Shown: positions 1-8,978, counted from the first letter of the stretch. The stretch is 52,811 nt of DNA from a virus (IMGVR_UViG_3300048850_000156:1-52811), one strand, 5' to 3'. Notes: a model not told the origin generated them from the sequence alone. A program made the numbers and translations.

Positions 1-1248
1 TTAGGATTTATTACCTTCATTTAGGTATTTTGTCCCCATTGATTCTGAAGGGTTTTCTGGCGATTCAGAATGACCAAACCTCTGGAGAGTTGCGTTCAAA
101 ACCCGCTTCTCGGTTTCTTTGGCGTATACCTGATAGGCCTTTGTGCGGTGGGTCGAAAGAGCCTTGCCCTGGCCCTCTGTCAGGTTGGCTTCCTCGATTT
201 CCGTCATGCCGCCGTGGCGCGCACGATCGAGCGTAAATCCCTTCATTCCCAGATCCACGGCAAGTTCCCGGATGGCAGTGGGAAGCATGGTGCTTCCGCC
301 GTAAAGGCTGCCATCTGGCTTCGTCACGATGGACAGGCCTCGCTTCTCCACCTTGGATAGAACGTCCTCGGCCTCGGCATAAAACTTCTCGACCTTGCCG
401 TCGATCACAGCCTCCAGCGGGTGATTGACGGCCCCGCCGTTCTTGCGGTGCCGGATCATTATCTTGTCGGGATGAGCAGCCGGCCGGTAGCCAGACCATT
501 GCGCATATCCGTCTGCGATCGAAGAAGGACGCATGAACCATTCGAAAGCTAAAACTGCCGCTGCGCCAAGCTCCGGTTTTTCCGCGGCGATTGCACCGCG
601 GGCAAAGGCATAAACCTCTTGTCTGCTCGCATGGGTCTTCTTCTTTTGTTCGCGGCGCTTCTTCGTCACGCCTTCCCATGGGTTTGGAACGTCAGACCTG
701 AACAGGGTAGGGTGATGCGGACGCATCCGCTCCCATACGGATTTGCAGTAGATCAGAGCCTTCTCACCAGTTCGCAGGGCACTGGTGCTGGTGAAATGTT
801 CGTACACCTGGAGCGCAGTTTTCACTCCGAGCGCTTTTACCTCGATGTCACCAACCTTGCTCCGACTCTTCTGGAGTTCAATAGCTCTGATGCGTTTGAA
901 CACGCGATGATAGTCGGGGCGTGAGTACTCGCCAACGCGCTGCAAGAATGCGTCCGACGAGAGATAGTGATCGAGTAACCAGCCGACTGTTCCGTATCGG
1001 AAATGCTCTTTTGTGCCGTCTGGATTGAGGGGCGAGCGCTGACTTTCTGCCAGCCACTCATCGAAACGTAGGTTCCAAATCTCCGCCTCTTTATTCAATT
1101 CGGATTGGGAAAGATTCTGGCCCAGAGCTGCGGATCGCCATGGACAACCTATCTTCCTGTAGCGCACGGGGCAGGTCCAGTAGAACCCGGTTGTGCCACC
1201 AGATAGCTGCTTGGCCAGAACGTATCGCGGAAGGACAAGCTCTATCAT
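1..1248 (-). CDS. int: Tyrosine recombinase (phage integrase)
   Basis: Motifs WFMRPS, RHRKNG, DRARHGG, LSTHRT, QVYA. Start set at MIELVLPRY (ATG 1248), overlapping the upstream stop (TGATG). Confidence 0.88.
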   Translation of the reverse strand: MIELVLPRYVLAKQLSGGTTGFYWTCPVRYRKIGCPWRSAALGQNLSQSELNKEAEIWNLRFDEWLAESQRSPLNPDGTKEHFRYGTVGWLLDHYLSSDAFLQRVGEYSRPDYHRVFKRIRAIELQKSRSKVGDIEVKALGVKTALQVYEHFTSTSALRTGEKALIYCKSVWERMRPHHPTLFRSDVPNPWEGVTKKRREQKKKTHASRQEVYAFARGAIAAEKPELGAAAVLAFEWFMRPSSIADGYAQWSGYRPAAHPDKIMIRHRKNGGAVNHPLEAVIDGKVEKFYAEAEDVLSKVEKRGLSIVTKPDGSLYGGSTMLPTAIRELAVDLGMKGFTLDRARHGGMTEIEEANLTEGQGKALSTHRTKAYQVYAKETEKRVLNATLQRFGHSESPENPSESMGTKYLNEGNKS

Positions 1249-1493
1249 CACTCTGCTTCTGGCGGGTCTGTTCTCTGCCCGTTGTCGGCGCCGATAGCGC
1301 GGTCGAGGTCTGATTTCAGCCATAGCATACGCCGCCCTTTGCCGCTGCCGGTGTCAACGACAGGCTTGGGGTATTCCTTGCCGACCAAGCGAAGGAAAAT
1401 ATCTGCCGAGCGCTCACCAACATATCCGGCCGCTATTTCAGGCGGCATTCGGGCTGGCCAGCAACCGGCTGGGATAACTGCAGCCTTCGTCAT
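1248..1493 (-). CDS. Excisionase-like small DNA-binding protein
   Basis: 81 aa, WPARM...AAGYVG...YPKP...LWLKSDLD winged-helix pattern, translationally coupled to int. Confidence 0.7.
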   Translation of the reverse strand: MTKAAVIPAGCWPARMPPEIAAGYVGERSADIFLRLVGKEYPKPVVDTGSGKGRRMLWLKSDLDRAIGADNGQRTDPPEAE

Positions 1494-2041
1494 GGCGACT
1501 TATCCCCGCTATTCACCGGACCGGGCATCGTGCGCCATTTCGTTGCCTTCCCGCAAAGGCCGTACCAAGTCCAACCACCTTTGTTGTGATCGATCCAATA
1601 AGCCTCGTGGGCTGCCTCCCAACCTTCGGCGACTGGATCTTTGCTGTATCGGGCATTCTCATGCACGAACCAGATCAGAATGCGGGTTCCATCCTTCGGC
1701 GCCGTCTCGATCGGCTGCCACTCATCTCTTTCAGAGCGACCATCGGCAAGTCCGCGTTCGTAACCGAGCTCTTCAGTGGCGCGCAATTGTTCGTTGTGCC
1801 TTCCCGCTTGTGCGCGATAGGCCTTCGCCGCTTCTGTCGTTTCTTCTTGGATGGCGAACCAAGCGTCAGCAGCATCCTTTTCGGCGCGGCGCAACGCCGC
1901 GACCATACTGCGCTCGGCTCCCGCCTTGATCTGGCAGGCTGGTTCGGACATTTCATCCGCACCGAAATGCTCGCAAGCCAGCTTCCGGTCGGTGAATACT
2001 TCGTCGCAATGAAAGCAGCGCCATTCGATTGCTGTGCTCAT
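1490..2041 (-). CDS. Phage hypothetical: N-terminal zinc-finger-like motif, C-terminal DUF551-like WQPIETAPKDGT domain
   Basis: WRCFHC...EHFG and WQPIETAPKDGTRIL motifs; ATGA overlap at 2038-2041. Confidence 0.7.
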   Translation of the reverse strand: MSTAIEWRCFHCDEVFTDRKLACEHFGADEMSEPACQIKAGAERSMVAALRRAEKDAADAWFAIQEETTEAAKAYRAQAGRHNEQLRATEELGYERGLADGRSERDEWQPIETAPKDGTRILIWFVHENARYSKDPVAEGWEAAHEAYWIDHNKGGWTWYGLCGKATKWRTMPGPVNSGDKSP

Positions 2042-2307
2042 TGCAGGATCCTCGCAGCGTAGGCGGTTTTGAGCTCCTGCAAGTTGGGGAAGCATTGCCC
2101 GCGCGACCATTCAATCATGGCCCGATACCCTGGGTTGCCGCTGGCCTCGTATCGGTCGACGCCATCAAACCACGTCTTTTCGTCAGGCATTTCAAACAGC
2201 ATGTTACGGCAGTGCGGACAGCACGGAAGGCCGTCGCGCGTTCCTATCTTGTCAATCCCGTCCCACCATGTGCATCGGCCACCGTATGGAATTCTGGTAT
2301 CTTTCAT
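2038..2307 (-). CDS. Phage hypothetical protein (Cys-rich)
   Basis: 89 aa ORF overlapping both neighbours by ATGA; CCPHC motif. Confidence 0.65.
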   Translation of the reverse strand: MKDTRIPYGGRCTWWDGIDKIGTRDGLPCCPHCRNMLFEMPDEKTWFDGVDRYEASGNPGYRAMIEWSRGQCFPNLQELKTAYAARILQ

Positions 2308-2711
2308 GGCTGGATGCTCCTGAATAGTGAACGGCGCGGCGGCATAGGCTTTGACGTCGCGGGCCTGGTTTTCTCAGCCTTTGCAAATCCCTTTGATTGG
2401 ATGGCGCCTTTCGGCTCGGTAATGCCGATGTGCTTTTTGCGCTGGCTGTTCACCTTGGCGCGAACCGTCGACTCGGCTGCTGTTTTTGCCTTGTGCTCTG
2501 CCTTGCAAATTGCATGAAGGTTGGATTCACGATGTTCGCCGCCAAGCCATAGAGCGACCTTGTGATCGAACTCGGGCTTATTGCCGGGACCGAATATGCT
2601 TCCGGTAAGAGCGCAGCATCCGCCCTGTCGGGCAACAATGCGGTCCTTCACAGCGCCAGGTATTTTGCTATCGTTGGTCTTGCCGACCCATTCTGCAACG
2701 GTGCGGGCCAT
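2304..2711 (-). CDS. HNH endonuclease
   Basis: CALTG...EFDHKVALWLGGEHRESNLHAIC...H motif. Confidence 0.85.
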   Translation of the reverse strand: MARTVAEWVGKTNDSKIPGAVKDRIVARQGGCCALTGSIFGPGNKPEFDHKVALWLGGEHRESNLHAICKAEHKAKTAAESTVRAKVNSQRKKHIGITEPKGAIQSKGFAKAEKTRPATSKPMPPRRSLFRSIQP

Positions 2712-2863
2712 CACGCGACCTCCAGCAGGTCGTGTTCGTCCCAATCTCGTGCGTGAGCCTCAAGCCGAACCATCTCCTCGGCTTCGTACATCTCATCCTC
2801 CTGCTCGGGGGTGATGTCGTAATAGCCACTTTCGATCAGGTAGCGCTGGTACTGATAACCCAT
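2711..2863 (-). CDS. Small acidic hypothetical protein (50 aa, not in ORF track)
   Basis: Hand translation MGYQYQRYLIESGYYDITPEQEDEMYEAEEMVRLEAHARDWDEHDLLEVA; TGATG coupling on both sides. Confidence 0.6.
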   Translation of the reverse strand: MGYQYQRYLIESGYYDITPEQEDEMYEAEEMVRLEAHARDWDEHDLLEVA

Positions 2864-3036
2864 CAGTTTGCCTCCCACTTTTCAGCCGAGAGGACGCTGT
2901 CCAGATGCTTGGCGAGGGCTCGCTCGCTGGTCGCGACTTCGATCGTCAGCTGCTCGTGCATGAGGCTGTAGCGAACGGCGATCTTTCGGGAGCGCCGAAC
3001 ATCATGGGGCGCAAACAGGGGTATAGATAAGTTCAT
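2863..3036 (-). CDS. Small hypothetical protein (57 aa, not in ORF track)
   Basis: MNLSIPLFAPHDVRRSRKIAVRYSLMHEQLTIEVA...; start and stop overlap both neighbours. Confidence 0.55.
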   Translation of the reverse strand: MNLSIPLFAPHDVRRSRKIAVRYSLMHEQLTIEVATSERALAKHLDSVLSAEKWEAN

Positions 3037-3509
3037 GATGCCCTCGCGAGGTAATTGGCTTGTGAACGGTAAGGCGCGTCGACAATGGCGATGATCTCAT
3101 CGCGAACCGCTTCCCAGTCTTCTTCGTGGGTCAGGCGGTTGCACATCATCCAGACAGCGCGGTCGAAGAACTTGCGGAATCCGGCTTGATCAAGCGAAGC
3201 GAATTTGATCGGCTTCGGCGTGTAGTGAACCTCGCCGTTATGATCTACTTTCGTTTCGACATGGCCGGCTGCGTATTTCAGCCAGGTCAAAAGGCTTTCG
3301 TCGTCGCCGTCCCATGCGCCACTGTCGATGACCCGCTTCATCAGCAAGAATATCATGCGGTGATGGGCTGGATTGCGGGGTAGATGGATCTCGACAAGGC
3401 ATTGCTTGCCGATCTTCATTGCACTCAGCATTTCCAAGCCGTCGGCGTCGCACGCCACAAGGACGTGCTTGCTGTTGATGATCTCGTGAGCGAAGGCGGC
3501 CGTGCTCAT
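3033..3509 (-). CDS. DUF1367/NinB-like recombination-associated protein
   Basis: PRNPAHHRMIF...PKPIKFASLDQAGFRKFFDRA pattern; adjacent to the recombinase. Confidence 0.65.
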   Translation of the reverse strand: MSTAAFAHEIINSKHVLVACDADGLEMLSAMKIGKQCLVEIHLPRNPAHHRMIFLLMKRVIDSGAWDGDDESLLTWLKYAAGHVETKVDHNGEVHYTPKPIKFASLDQAGFRKFFDRAVWMMCNRLTHEEDWEAVRDEIIAIVDAPYRSQANYLARAS

Positions 3510-3511
3510 GA

Positions 3512-4546
3512 TTAACCTGTGACCCGGTCGTAATGCTGCTGCATGATCGCAACCAGCGCTTCCCAGTCGGGCGGAAAGAACGTCTCCTGAAGGTGAGCAA
3601 ACTCACAACGCAGCTCTTCCCAATCGCCTTCGTCCTGGACACAGGCAAAGCGGGTTTCGGCATCCTTCAGAACGTCATCGGGATTGGTGAAATCCTGCTT
3701 GGCTAGTTGCTGTTTCGATGGCGAGGGCGGTGTCAGGTCCATCGTCTGCTGTTCATCGGATACGACCTCAGCTTCATCGACCTGAGTTTCGCCTTCATCA
3801 TCGCCTTGATCTTTGTCGACGCCATTGTCAGGTATTGGATCAACGCCGCTCGGTTTTGTCGGCGAGGGCGGGATCAGCGACGTCGCCTGTTCCGGCTCAA
3901 AAATCTCGCCGGCAATCTCACGCGCTTCGTATTCATCGGTGATGCCGCCGAGGACATCGGCAAAGAGCTCGCGCAAGCAGTAGCCCGCCGCTCGCCATTG
4001 CTGCATGCGTTGCGGATAGCGGAACCAAGGCGCCTCGTTCGGCACTTCACTCCATTGCTTGGTATTCCAGTCCTGCTTTTTGACGAACGGGCGTTCATCC
4101 CAAAGACCGGCACGCTTTGCATCGGCGATAGAGAACTCTTCGCGCTTCTGCTCGCCGGTGTCGGCGCGCTTGGCCTCGCACCAGCCGACACCGCGCGCCT
4201 CGTTATATCCCGTGCGGATGTAAGCGGCCTTTTTCGAGCGGCGGGCGACGTTGATGATGCCATCGCCATAGAGGGCGGGCTTGCCGCCGATTACCGTGAA
4301 GCTACGCAAGGCGACCATAGGCGGCAGGCCGAGCTCTGCGCCCGCCATGATGGCGATAGCCACAGCGCTGACAGCATCATTACCTGTCTTCTTGCCGACA
4401 AGGGCCTTCGGCGCCAAACCAGCCGATACGACCATCGTTGATACGCGCCAGATTTCTTCGATCGACTGAGGAACGATGGCATGCACACTGCCACCAACCA
4501 TCAATGCAGGTGGGCGACTGTCTAGGATTTGTGCTGGAGCATTCAT
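3512..4546 (-). CDS. RecT/Rad52-like ssDNA annealing recombinase
   Basis: GAELGLPPMVAL...VIGGKPALYGD...AKRAGLW...PWFRYPQRMQQWRAAGYCLRELFADVLGGI; acidic C-terminal tail. Confidence 0.8.
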   Translation of the reverse strand: MNAPAQILDSRPPALMVGGSVHAIVPQSIEEIWRVSTMVVSAGLAPKALVGKKTGNDAVSAVAIAIMAGAELGLPPMVALRSFTVIGGKPALYGDGIINVARRSKKAAYIRTGYNEARGVGWCEAKRADTGEQKREEFSIADAKRAGLWDERPFVKKQDWNTKQWSEVPNEAPWFRYPQRMQQWRAAGYCLRELFADVLGGITDEYEAREIAGEIFEPEQATSLIPPSPTKPSGVDPIPDNGVDKDQGDDEGETQVDEAEVVSDEQQTMDLTPPSPSKQQLAKQDFTNPDDVLKDAETRFACVQDEGDWEELRCEFAHLQETFFPPDWEALVAIMQQHYDRVTG

Positions 4547-4557
4547 TGCGCTTGTTC

Positions 4558-4887
4558 CTACTCGTCTACGTCATCGAAGATTGAGCGATTGCCATGCTCA
4601 TCGAGCATGGTTCCGTCGCGCGAAAAGACTGGAAATCCATTGGGATGCTTTGCCGCTCGCTGTTCGTCTGTTCGTACGTCCTCGGCGACAAAGCGCAGGA
4701 CGGAGCGTTCAGCGAGATCAGATTCTGTTTTGATGGCGACGATGGTGGCTTTGGTTTCGCCGCGGCTGGTTTCGACGTAGACCTTCTGTCCGACTTCGAC
4801 AGGAATGTCGGAGAAGAAGTCATAGGTCTTTTCGCTGAACCCGAATTTGACGGCGACAATCGTGCGTTGTGCGAGGGCGTCGGTCAT
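4558..4887 (-). CDS. Phage hypothetical protein
   Basis: 109 aa, KTYDF...VEVGQKVYVETSRG SH3-like pattern; lies within the operon. Confidence 0.65.
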   Translation of the reverse strand: MTDALAQRTIVAVKFGFSEKTYDFFSDIPVEVGQKVYVETSRGETKATIVAIKTESDLAERSVLRFVAEDVRTDEQRAAKHPNGFPVFSRDGTMLDEHGNRSIFDDVDE

Positions 4888-5915
4888 GCTGCCCGCTTTT
4901 CTTCGAAGCGCTCGACGCCATCGACCTCATGACCGGCACGGATAGCTCGGTTGGCCAGCTGCTCGACGAGGGCCTTCATCTCAGGGTGATCCTTCAATGC
5001 CATGAGGGCCTTGTCGTAGTCAGTGATGCGAGCGGAAACGAAGGTTCGCAGTGCGAGCTTTGAGCCGGTGCGACCGGCCGTCACATTGCGGGCCTGTGCT
5101 TCCTTGTCCGCCTCGGCGGCAAGCTTGGCGAGACGTTCGGCATCTGCCTTTGCAGCCTCATCGACCGGATCATTGGGGTTGGAAGAGATGTTTTGCGCAG
5201 CGCGGGCGGCTTCATCAGCTTCGCGCCGGGTCCTATCGGCTTCCTCGCGCGCCTTGCGCTGGCGTTCCTGCTCGAGGCGATCCTGCTCGTTGAGATAGGC
5301 GTCAGAGGCTCGCTTGATCTTGGTGGACAGGAGTTTCGGTTCTTCCTTGAGATCCCGGAACTTCTCATCAACCCGGCGGCCCTCGTCGAGGCTCGGCTGC
5401 TTTTCAACCTTGTGCAATGCAGCTGCCTTATTGGCGATGGCAGTCAGGCGCTTTGCCCAGACAGCGGCTTTGTCTGCCTGTTCTCTCGTCGTGATAGGGG
5501 TCTTGAGGAAGTTCTCGGCGATTTCCTTGTCACTCTCGAACTCTGCTTTCAACGCCTCGAAAGGATCTGAAGGAAGGTTTGACAGCACCTGGGCCGGCTC
5601 GGGCTCGCGCGGCCATGGTTTGCCGCTGCGAACAGCCTGATAGGTTTCTTCCGAGATCGGGTTGCGGCAGGCATACGTCCAGACGGAGTCAGCTTCTGTG
5701 ACCTTGCCATCCACCAGGCAAATGAGCTGGCCTCTCGGATTGATCCAGATGGCAACCGTGTTCCATGGCCCGTCCTTGTACGCCCGGCGCCGGAAAAAAC
5801 CCGATTTAGGATCACCCTCGGATACGCCGAGGGCCTTCATCTGTTCGCGGGAAAGCTCGCCGCAATCACCAACCAGTTCCAATGCTTTGAAATACCATGC
5901 GTAGTGATCGGTCAT
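4884..5915 (-). CDS. Phage hypothetical coiled-coil protein (possibly Gam/Gp157-like)
   Basis: Long ORF in the recombination module with a helical, charged C-terminal half ending GVERFEEKRAA. Confidence 0.7.
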   Translation of the reverse strand: MTDHYAWYFKALELVGDCGELSREQMKALGVSEGDPKSGFFRRRAYKDGPWNTVAIWINPRGQLICLVDGKVTEADSVWTYACRNPISEETYQAVRSGKPWPREPEPAQVLSNLPSDPFEALKAEFESDKEIAENFLKTPITTREQADKAAVWAKRLTAIANKAAALHKVEKQPSLDEGRRVDEKFRDLKEEPKLLSTKIKRASDAYLNEQDRLEQERQRKAREEADRTRREADEAARAAQNISSNPNDPVDEAAKADAERLAKLAAEADKEAQARNVTAGRTGSKLALRTFVSARITDYDKALMALKDHPEMKALVEQLANRAIRAGHEVDGVERFEEKRAA

Positions 5916-6088
5916 CACGCTACTTCCTTCCGTTCAAAAACTGTGTGGTAGACATGCTTGAGTGCAGCGCGAACGCGCTCATCCGGCTCCTTGAGCAGGC
6001 GTTTCTCTATGAAGGTGAGTGCTTCCTCGCGGGAGAGCCGATCGATCACAGCGTGATCGGCGGCAATGCAAACCTGATGCGCGGTCAC
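5915..6088 (-). CDS. Small hypothetical protein (57 aa, GTG start, not in ORF track)
   Basis: MTAHQVCIAADHAVIDRLSREEALTFIEKRLLKEPDERVRAALKHVYHTVFERKEVA; overlaps both neighbours. Confidence 0.55.
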   Translation of the reverse strand: MTAHQVCIAADHAVIDRLSREEALTFIEKRLLKEPDERVRAALKHVYHTVFERKEVA

Positions 6089-6360
6089 TTTGCACCTGCC
6101 TTGGCATCAAGCCGCCGGCGCTCGTTGAACCAGGGAACCGCTGAGCAGGTATTGACCTGTGTGCCCCAACCGGATGGGCCGGTCGTGTCCCAAACGTGCT
6201 GTTCCATGCACCGGTCGTTTGCATCAGGCACATAGGCCAAGGCAGGCGACGTTGATGACCTGGTTGTGACTTGGCCGGTTTGACAGGCCTGAAGGAACGG
6301 GGTGACGACAAGCGCAAGCCCCAGTCCAAGGCCGTAGAGGAGGGATCGCTCTCGGCTCAT
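6085..6360 (-). CDS. Putative small lipoprotein/exported protein
   Basis: MSRERSLLYGLGLGLALVVTPFLQAC: basic N-terminus, hydrophobic stretch, lipobox-like LQAC; SD GGAGG upstream. Confidence 0.55.
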   Translation of the reverse strand: MSRERSLLYGLGLGLALVVTPFLQACQTGQVTTRSSTSPALAYVPDANDRCMEQHVWDTTGPSGWGTQVNTCSAVPWFNERRRLDAKAGAK

Positions 6361-6461
6361 TAATCGACCTCCGCATGGGATTTCTCTGCTGCATCTTCGA
6401 TGGTGCCGAAAAACACGACCACAAGGCCAAGCAGGGCGACGATGGCTACAAGGATGCTCAT
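6360..6461 (-). CDS. 33-aa single-TM peptide
   Basis: MSILVAIVALLGLVVVFFGTIEDAAEKSHAEVD; coupled starts and stops. Confidence 0.5.
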   Translation of the reverse strand: MSILVAIVALLGLVVVFFGTIEDAAEKSHAEVD

Positions 6462-6901
6462 CAGCTTGCCCTCGACTTGAAGCCGTTGCAGATGATGTGC
6501 GTCTCGCGAGCCAAGAGCTCTTCGACGTCGCGCATGTGACCAAGCCGGGAATACTGCTCGACCATCTGTTCGGCGGCTTGGCGGTTGAGAGGAATCAGCG
6601 CTTCGAGCTGCTGATAGACGGTCCAGCAATCGCGGGGCAGCTTTGCCAGCGCGACTGCTGTTTCCAGATCGCCTGTAAGATTGGCATGGTCGGTGAAGAG
6701 AGCGGAGGCGGTGTTGCCGTAGCTGGTGCGAACCCAGAAAGCAGGCTTTCCCTCGGAAGCAGCGATGCTAGCATAACGCTTGGAATTGGTGTCTGGGTAG
6801 AAGCGCAGGGCATCGCCGATGGCTTCAATGACGTAGCCCGTTTCGGCTTCGACCTGTTCCCGTGTTCTGAATTCTTGGTTGATGATGTTCATTGCATCCA
6901 T
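6461..6901 (-). CDS. First gene of the leftward early operon, hypothetical
   Basis: 146 aa ORF immediately downstream of the PL promoter/operators. Confidence 0.65.
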   Translation of the reverse strand: MDAMNIINQEFRTREQVEAETGYVIEAIGDALRFYPDTNSKRYASIAASEGKPAFWVRTSYGNTASALFTDHANLTGDLETAVALAKLPRDCWTVYQQLEALIPLNRQAAEQMVEQYSRLGHMRDVEELLARETHIICNGFKSRAS

Positions 6902-6922
6902 CCGTTGTTCGATGGATGTAAC

Positions 6923-6972
6923 TATGCATTACGCATAATCAACGGTCAACAAGAATTTATGCAAAACGCATA
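6923..6972 (-). promoter_or_regulatory. PL-type promoter with two repressor operators
   Basis: TATGCattacGCATA (6923-6937) and TATGCaaaacGCATA (6958-6972); minus-strand TTGACC-N17-CATAGT. Confidence 0.8.
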
Positions 6973-7018
6973 TTAATTTTGACCGCGGCACTGCGCTGTG
7001 CCAGAATCAACGCAATAG

Positions 7019-7039
7019 AAAACCGCCCGAAGGCGGTTT
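7019..7039 (-). terminator. Intrinsic terminator insulating PL
   Basis: Minus strand AAACCGCC-TTCG-GGCGGTTTT hairpin. Confidence 0.6.
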
Positions 7040-7062
7040 AGAACCAAGAAGGAAAGAACGAG

Positions 7063-7245
7063 ATGATCGTGAACGAAGATCGGCTCTATCGCGCACTAGG
7101 AATGGTCGTAGCGCTTACGAACAAGCGCCGCGAAGGGTTTTCACTGCCAGAAGACGCAACCGTTTGGGCCGACGTGATCCGCAACTTTGCAGCGATAGAT
7201 GAAGAAGATCTGATTGGTCTGGTGGCTATGGTGCCGGATACTTAA
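7063..7245 (+). CDS. Small hypothetical protein in the immunity region
   Basis: 60 aa; AAGGA SD-like sequence upstream. Confidence 0.5.
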   Translation: MIVNEDRLYRALGMVVALTNKRREGFSLPEDATVWADVIRNFAAIDEEDLIGLVAMVPDT

Positions 7246-7660
7246 ATCCAATCGGCAGAGTTGTCGAACGAGAGTCGTAAACACCCTTACACTTTCGGAC
7301 AAATATCGTGACCGCCAACGCCACGGGAAATTGGGATTTGCTTGCCTTCGCTTTCACACGTGGGGCAAAATGCTTTTGGCAAAGGCTTGCCCTCATCGTC
7401 CATACCAAAGTTGTAATTACCGACACGGATGGTTTTGAGTTTGCCATCAGCAATCGCGCCCAAGCGAGCGATCTCTGAATCTTTTTCTTGAAGAGATGTC
7501 TTGGCGTCTGCGAGCGCAATCTTCACGTCCGCAAGATTTGAGTAAAGTTCAGCAATCTGGAGTTTGAACTCTGCATTTTTGAAGTCGCGTTCGAACTCTT
7601 TCAGTTTTTTGCAATATCAAGTGCTTGGCTAGCGGCAGCCAGACCATTCATGATGTCCAT
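7226..7660 (-). pseudogene. Doubly frameshifted coiled-coil + zinc-ribbon (CPTC...CPKC) gene
   Basis: Adding one A in the run at 7605-7610 and removing one at 7293-7295 gives a continuous 144-aa protein MDIMNGLAAASQALDIAKKLKEFERDFKNAEFKLQIAELYSNLADVK...FCPTC...CPKCKGVY...YPAP. Confidence 0.65.
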
Positions 7661-7673
7661 ATTTGATATCCCC

Positions 7674-7913
7674 TCATTCCATATCTGGCACTTCGCCGGA
7701 CTGAAACAGCACGGTAGGCGGGCCATATTCTCCAACATCTGGTTCAGCGCTGCGCGCCCAGGCGATGACACCTATGTGTTTCGTGGCGAGATCCTTCGCA
7801 CTACGTATCGCGCGATCCTCGACTTCGAACTGCATTGCTTCGAATGCGGGCACAAGCTCGCCCTCATCGGATCGGTCAAAGGCCATGACAACTATGAGGC
7901 GAACAGGATCCAT
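7674..7913 (-). CDS. Hypothetical protein
   Basis: 79 aa, LIVVMAFDRSDEGELVPAF...GVIAWARSAEPDVGEYGPP; divergent from the LexA box. Confidence 0.65.
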   Translation of the reverse strand: MDPVRLIVVMAFDRSDEGELVPAFEAMQFEVEDRAIRSAKDLATKHIGVIAWARSAEPDVGEYGPPTVLFQSGEVPDME

Positions 7914-7977
7914 TAAAATTTCTCGTCACTCGTGAAAACGGACTCGATTCTTCTTAGAAGAACTGCTTTTTTTAACG

Positions 7978-7992
7978 GAACAAAATAAGAAC
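7978..7992 (+). promoter_or_regulatory. Alphaproteobacterial LexA (SOS) box
   Basis: GAAC-AAAATAA-GAAC matches the GAAC-N7-GAAC consensus exactly, 15 nt upstream of ATG 8008. Confidence 0.8.
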
Positions 7993-8007
7993 ATACAGGT
8001 GAGAGAT

Positions 8008-8277
8008 ATGTCGAACGGTACTCCATTCGGCAACGCAGACGCTTTGCGCCTAGTTGTCGAATTATCCAGTGTTTACGTGGCCTGTGACGATTGCGGGCAT
8101 TCTCGGGTGCTGCGCTTATCCAATTTCCAACAAGCAGCCTCGCTTGGAGTTCACAATTACCTTCAGCTCTGCAGGAAGATCCGCTGTGGGGAGTGCCCAC
8201 CGAAGCCGCCGGCAGCTCGGAATCTAACCATTCGTCCCACATGGGTATGCGAAGAAGTCGTTCAGACCGTTGCATGA
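8008..8277 (+). CDS. SOS-regulated zinc-ribbon protein
   Basis: CDDCGH and CGEC motifs; overlaps the cI 3' end by 16 nt. Confidence 0.65.
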   Translation: MSNGTPFGNADALRLVVELSSVYVACDDCGHSRVLRLSNFQQAASLGVHNYLQLCRKIRCGECPPKPPAARNLTIRPTWVCEEVVQTVA

Positions 8278-8978
8278 AAGACAATTTTATGAACGGAGAA
8301 AACTTTGTCGTTATCGAACTCCAGTTCCTTGCTTTCACCTTCCTCAGGGTTGTGTTGCCGAAGACGAAGGACTTTTGATGATCTGGACACGAATTGCTTG
8401 ATATAGCTCTCAACCGGTTGATCGTCACCGTTTTGTAGTATCTGCGCGACAACGTCATCGTTCGCACGAACAGGTTCTTGGGGGTTCAGCCACACAGTTT
8501 CACCGGCCATATATCTTGGCTCCATGGAAGTACCAAATACCCTCACGGCATATGCACCTTCCACACCTTCCAAGCCAGGTGGGCAGAATACGCGGCCAAC
8601 TTCGTTTCCATTCAGTAAAAATCGGCCATTTGGTCCACCAATCGATTGACCGAGCAGGGGAATGGACTTGTCCGTAGGGAACTGTTGGTACTTCGGAGGG
8701 AAGCTTGCATTTGGTTTCGTGGGCTGGGGTTTAATTCGTTCCTCTAGGTCGACTGGTGCGGTTTGCAAGCCCTTACCCCTCAACAGCCAATCCAAACTCA
8801 CGCCATATCGTCGGGCATATACCTCGGCAGAACGCGCTAGTCCTCGGGACCCGTTTTCATGGGCTGCATAGGTCTGATACTCGATGCCCAATGACTCTGC
8901 GGCGGCACGCGCATTGCTAAAGCCAGCCTTGATGCGTGCTTCTTTCAATCGTTTCGCAATTTCAATCTTGTCACTCAT
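8262..8978 (-). CDS. cI: CI-like repressor (XRE HTH + S24 peptidase)
   Basis: RLKEARIKAGF...YAAHENGSR HTH; VFGTSMEPRY catalytic Ser and YIKQF Lys. Confidence 0.92.
   Translation of the reverse strand: MSDKIEIAKRLKEARIKAGFSNARAAAESLGIEYQTYAAHENGSRGLARSAEVYARRYGVSLDWLLRGKGLQTAPVDLEERIKPQPTKPNASFPPKYQQFPTDKSIPLLGQSIGGPNGRFLLNGNEVGRVFCPPGLEGVEGAYAVRVFGTSMEPRYMAGETVWLNPQEPVRANDDVVAQILQNGDDQPVESYIKQFVSRSSKVLRLRQHNPEEGESKELEFDNDKVFSVHKIVFHATV

Noticed and set aside
1249-1323. N-terminal extension of the integrase in the ORF track
   Set aside because: Overlaps the excisionase; the ATG at 1248 coupled to the excisionase stop is more plausible.
7041-7055. Second LexA box GAAC-N7-GAAA
   Set aside because: Mismatch in a conserved half-site within a purine-rich RBS region; not supportable.
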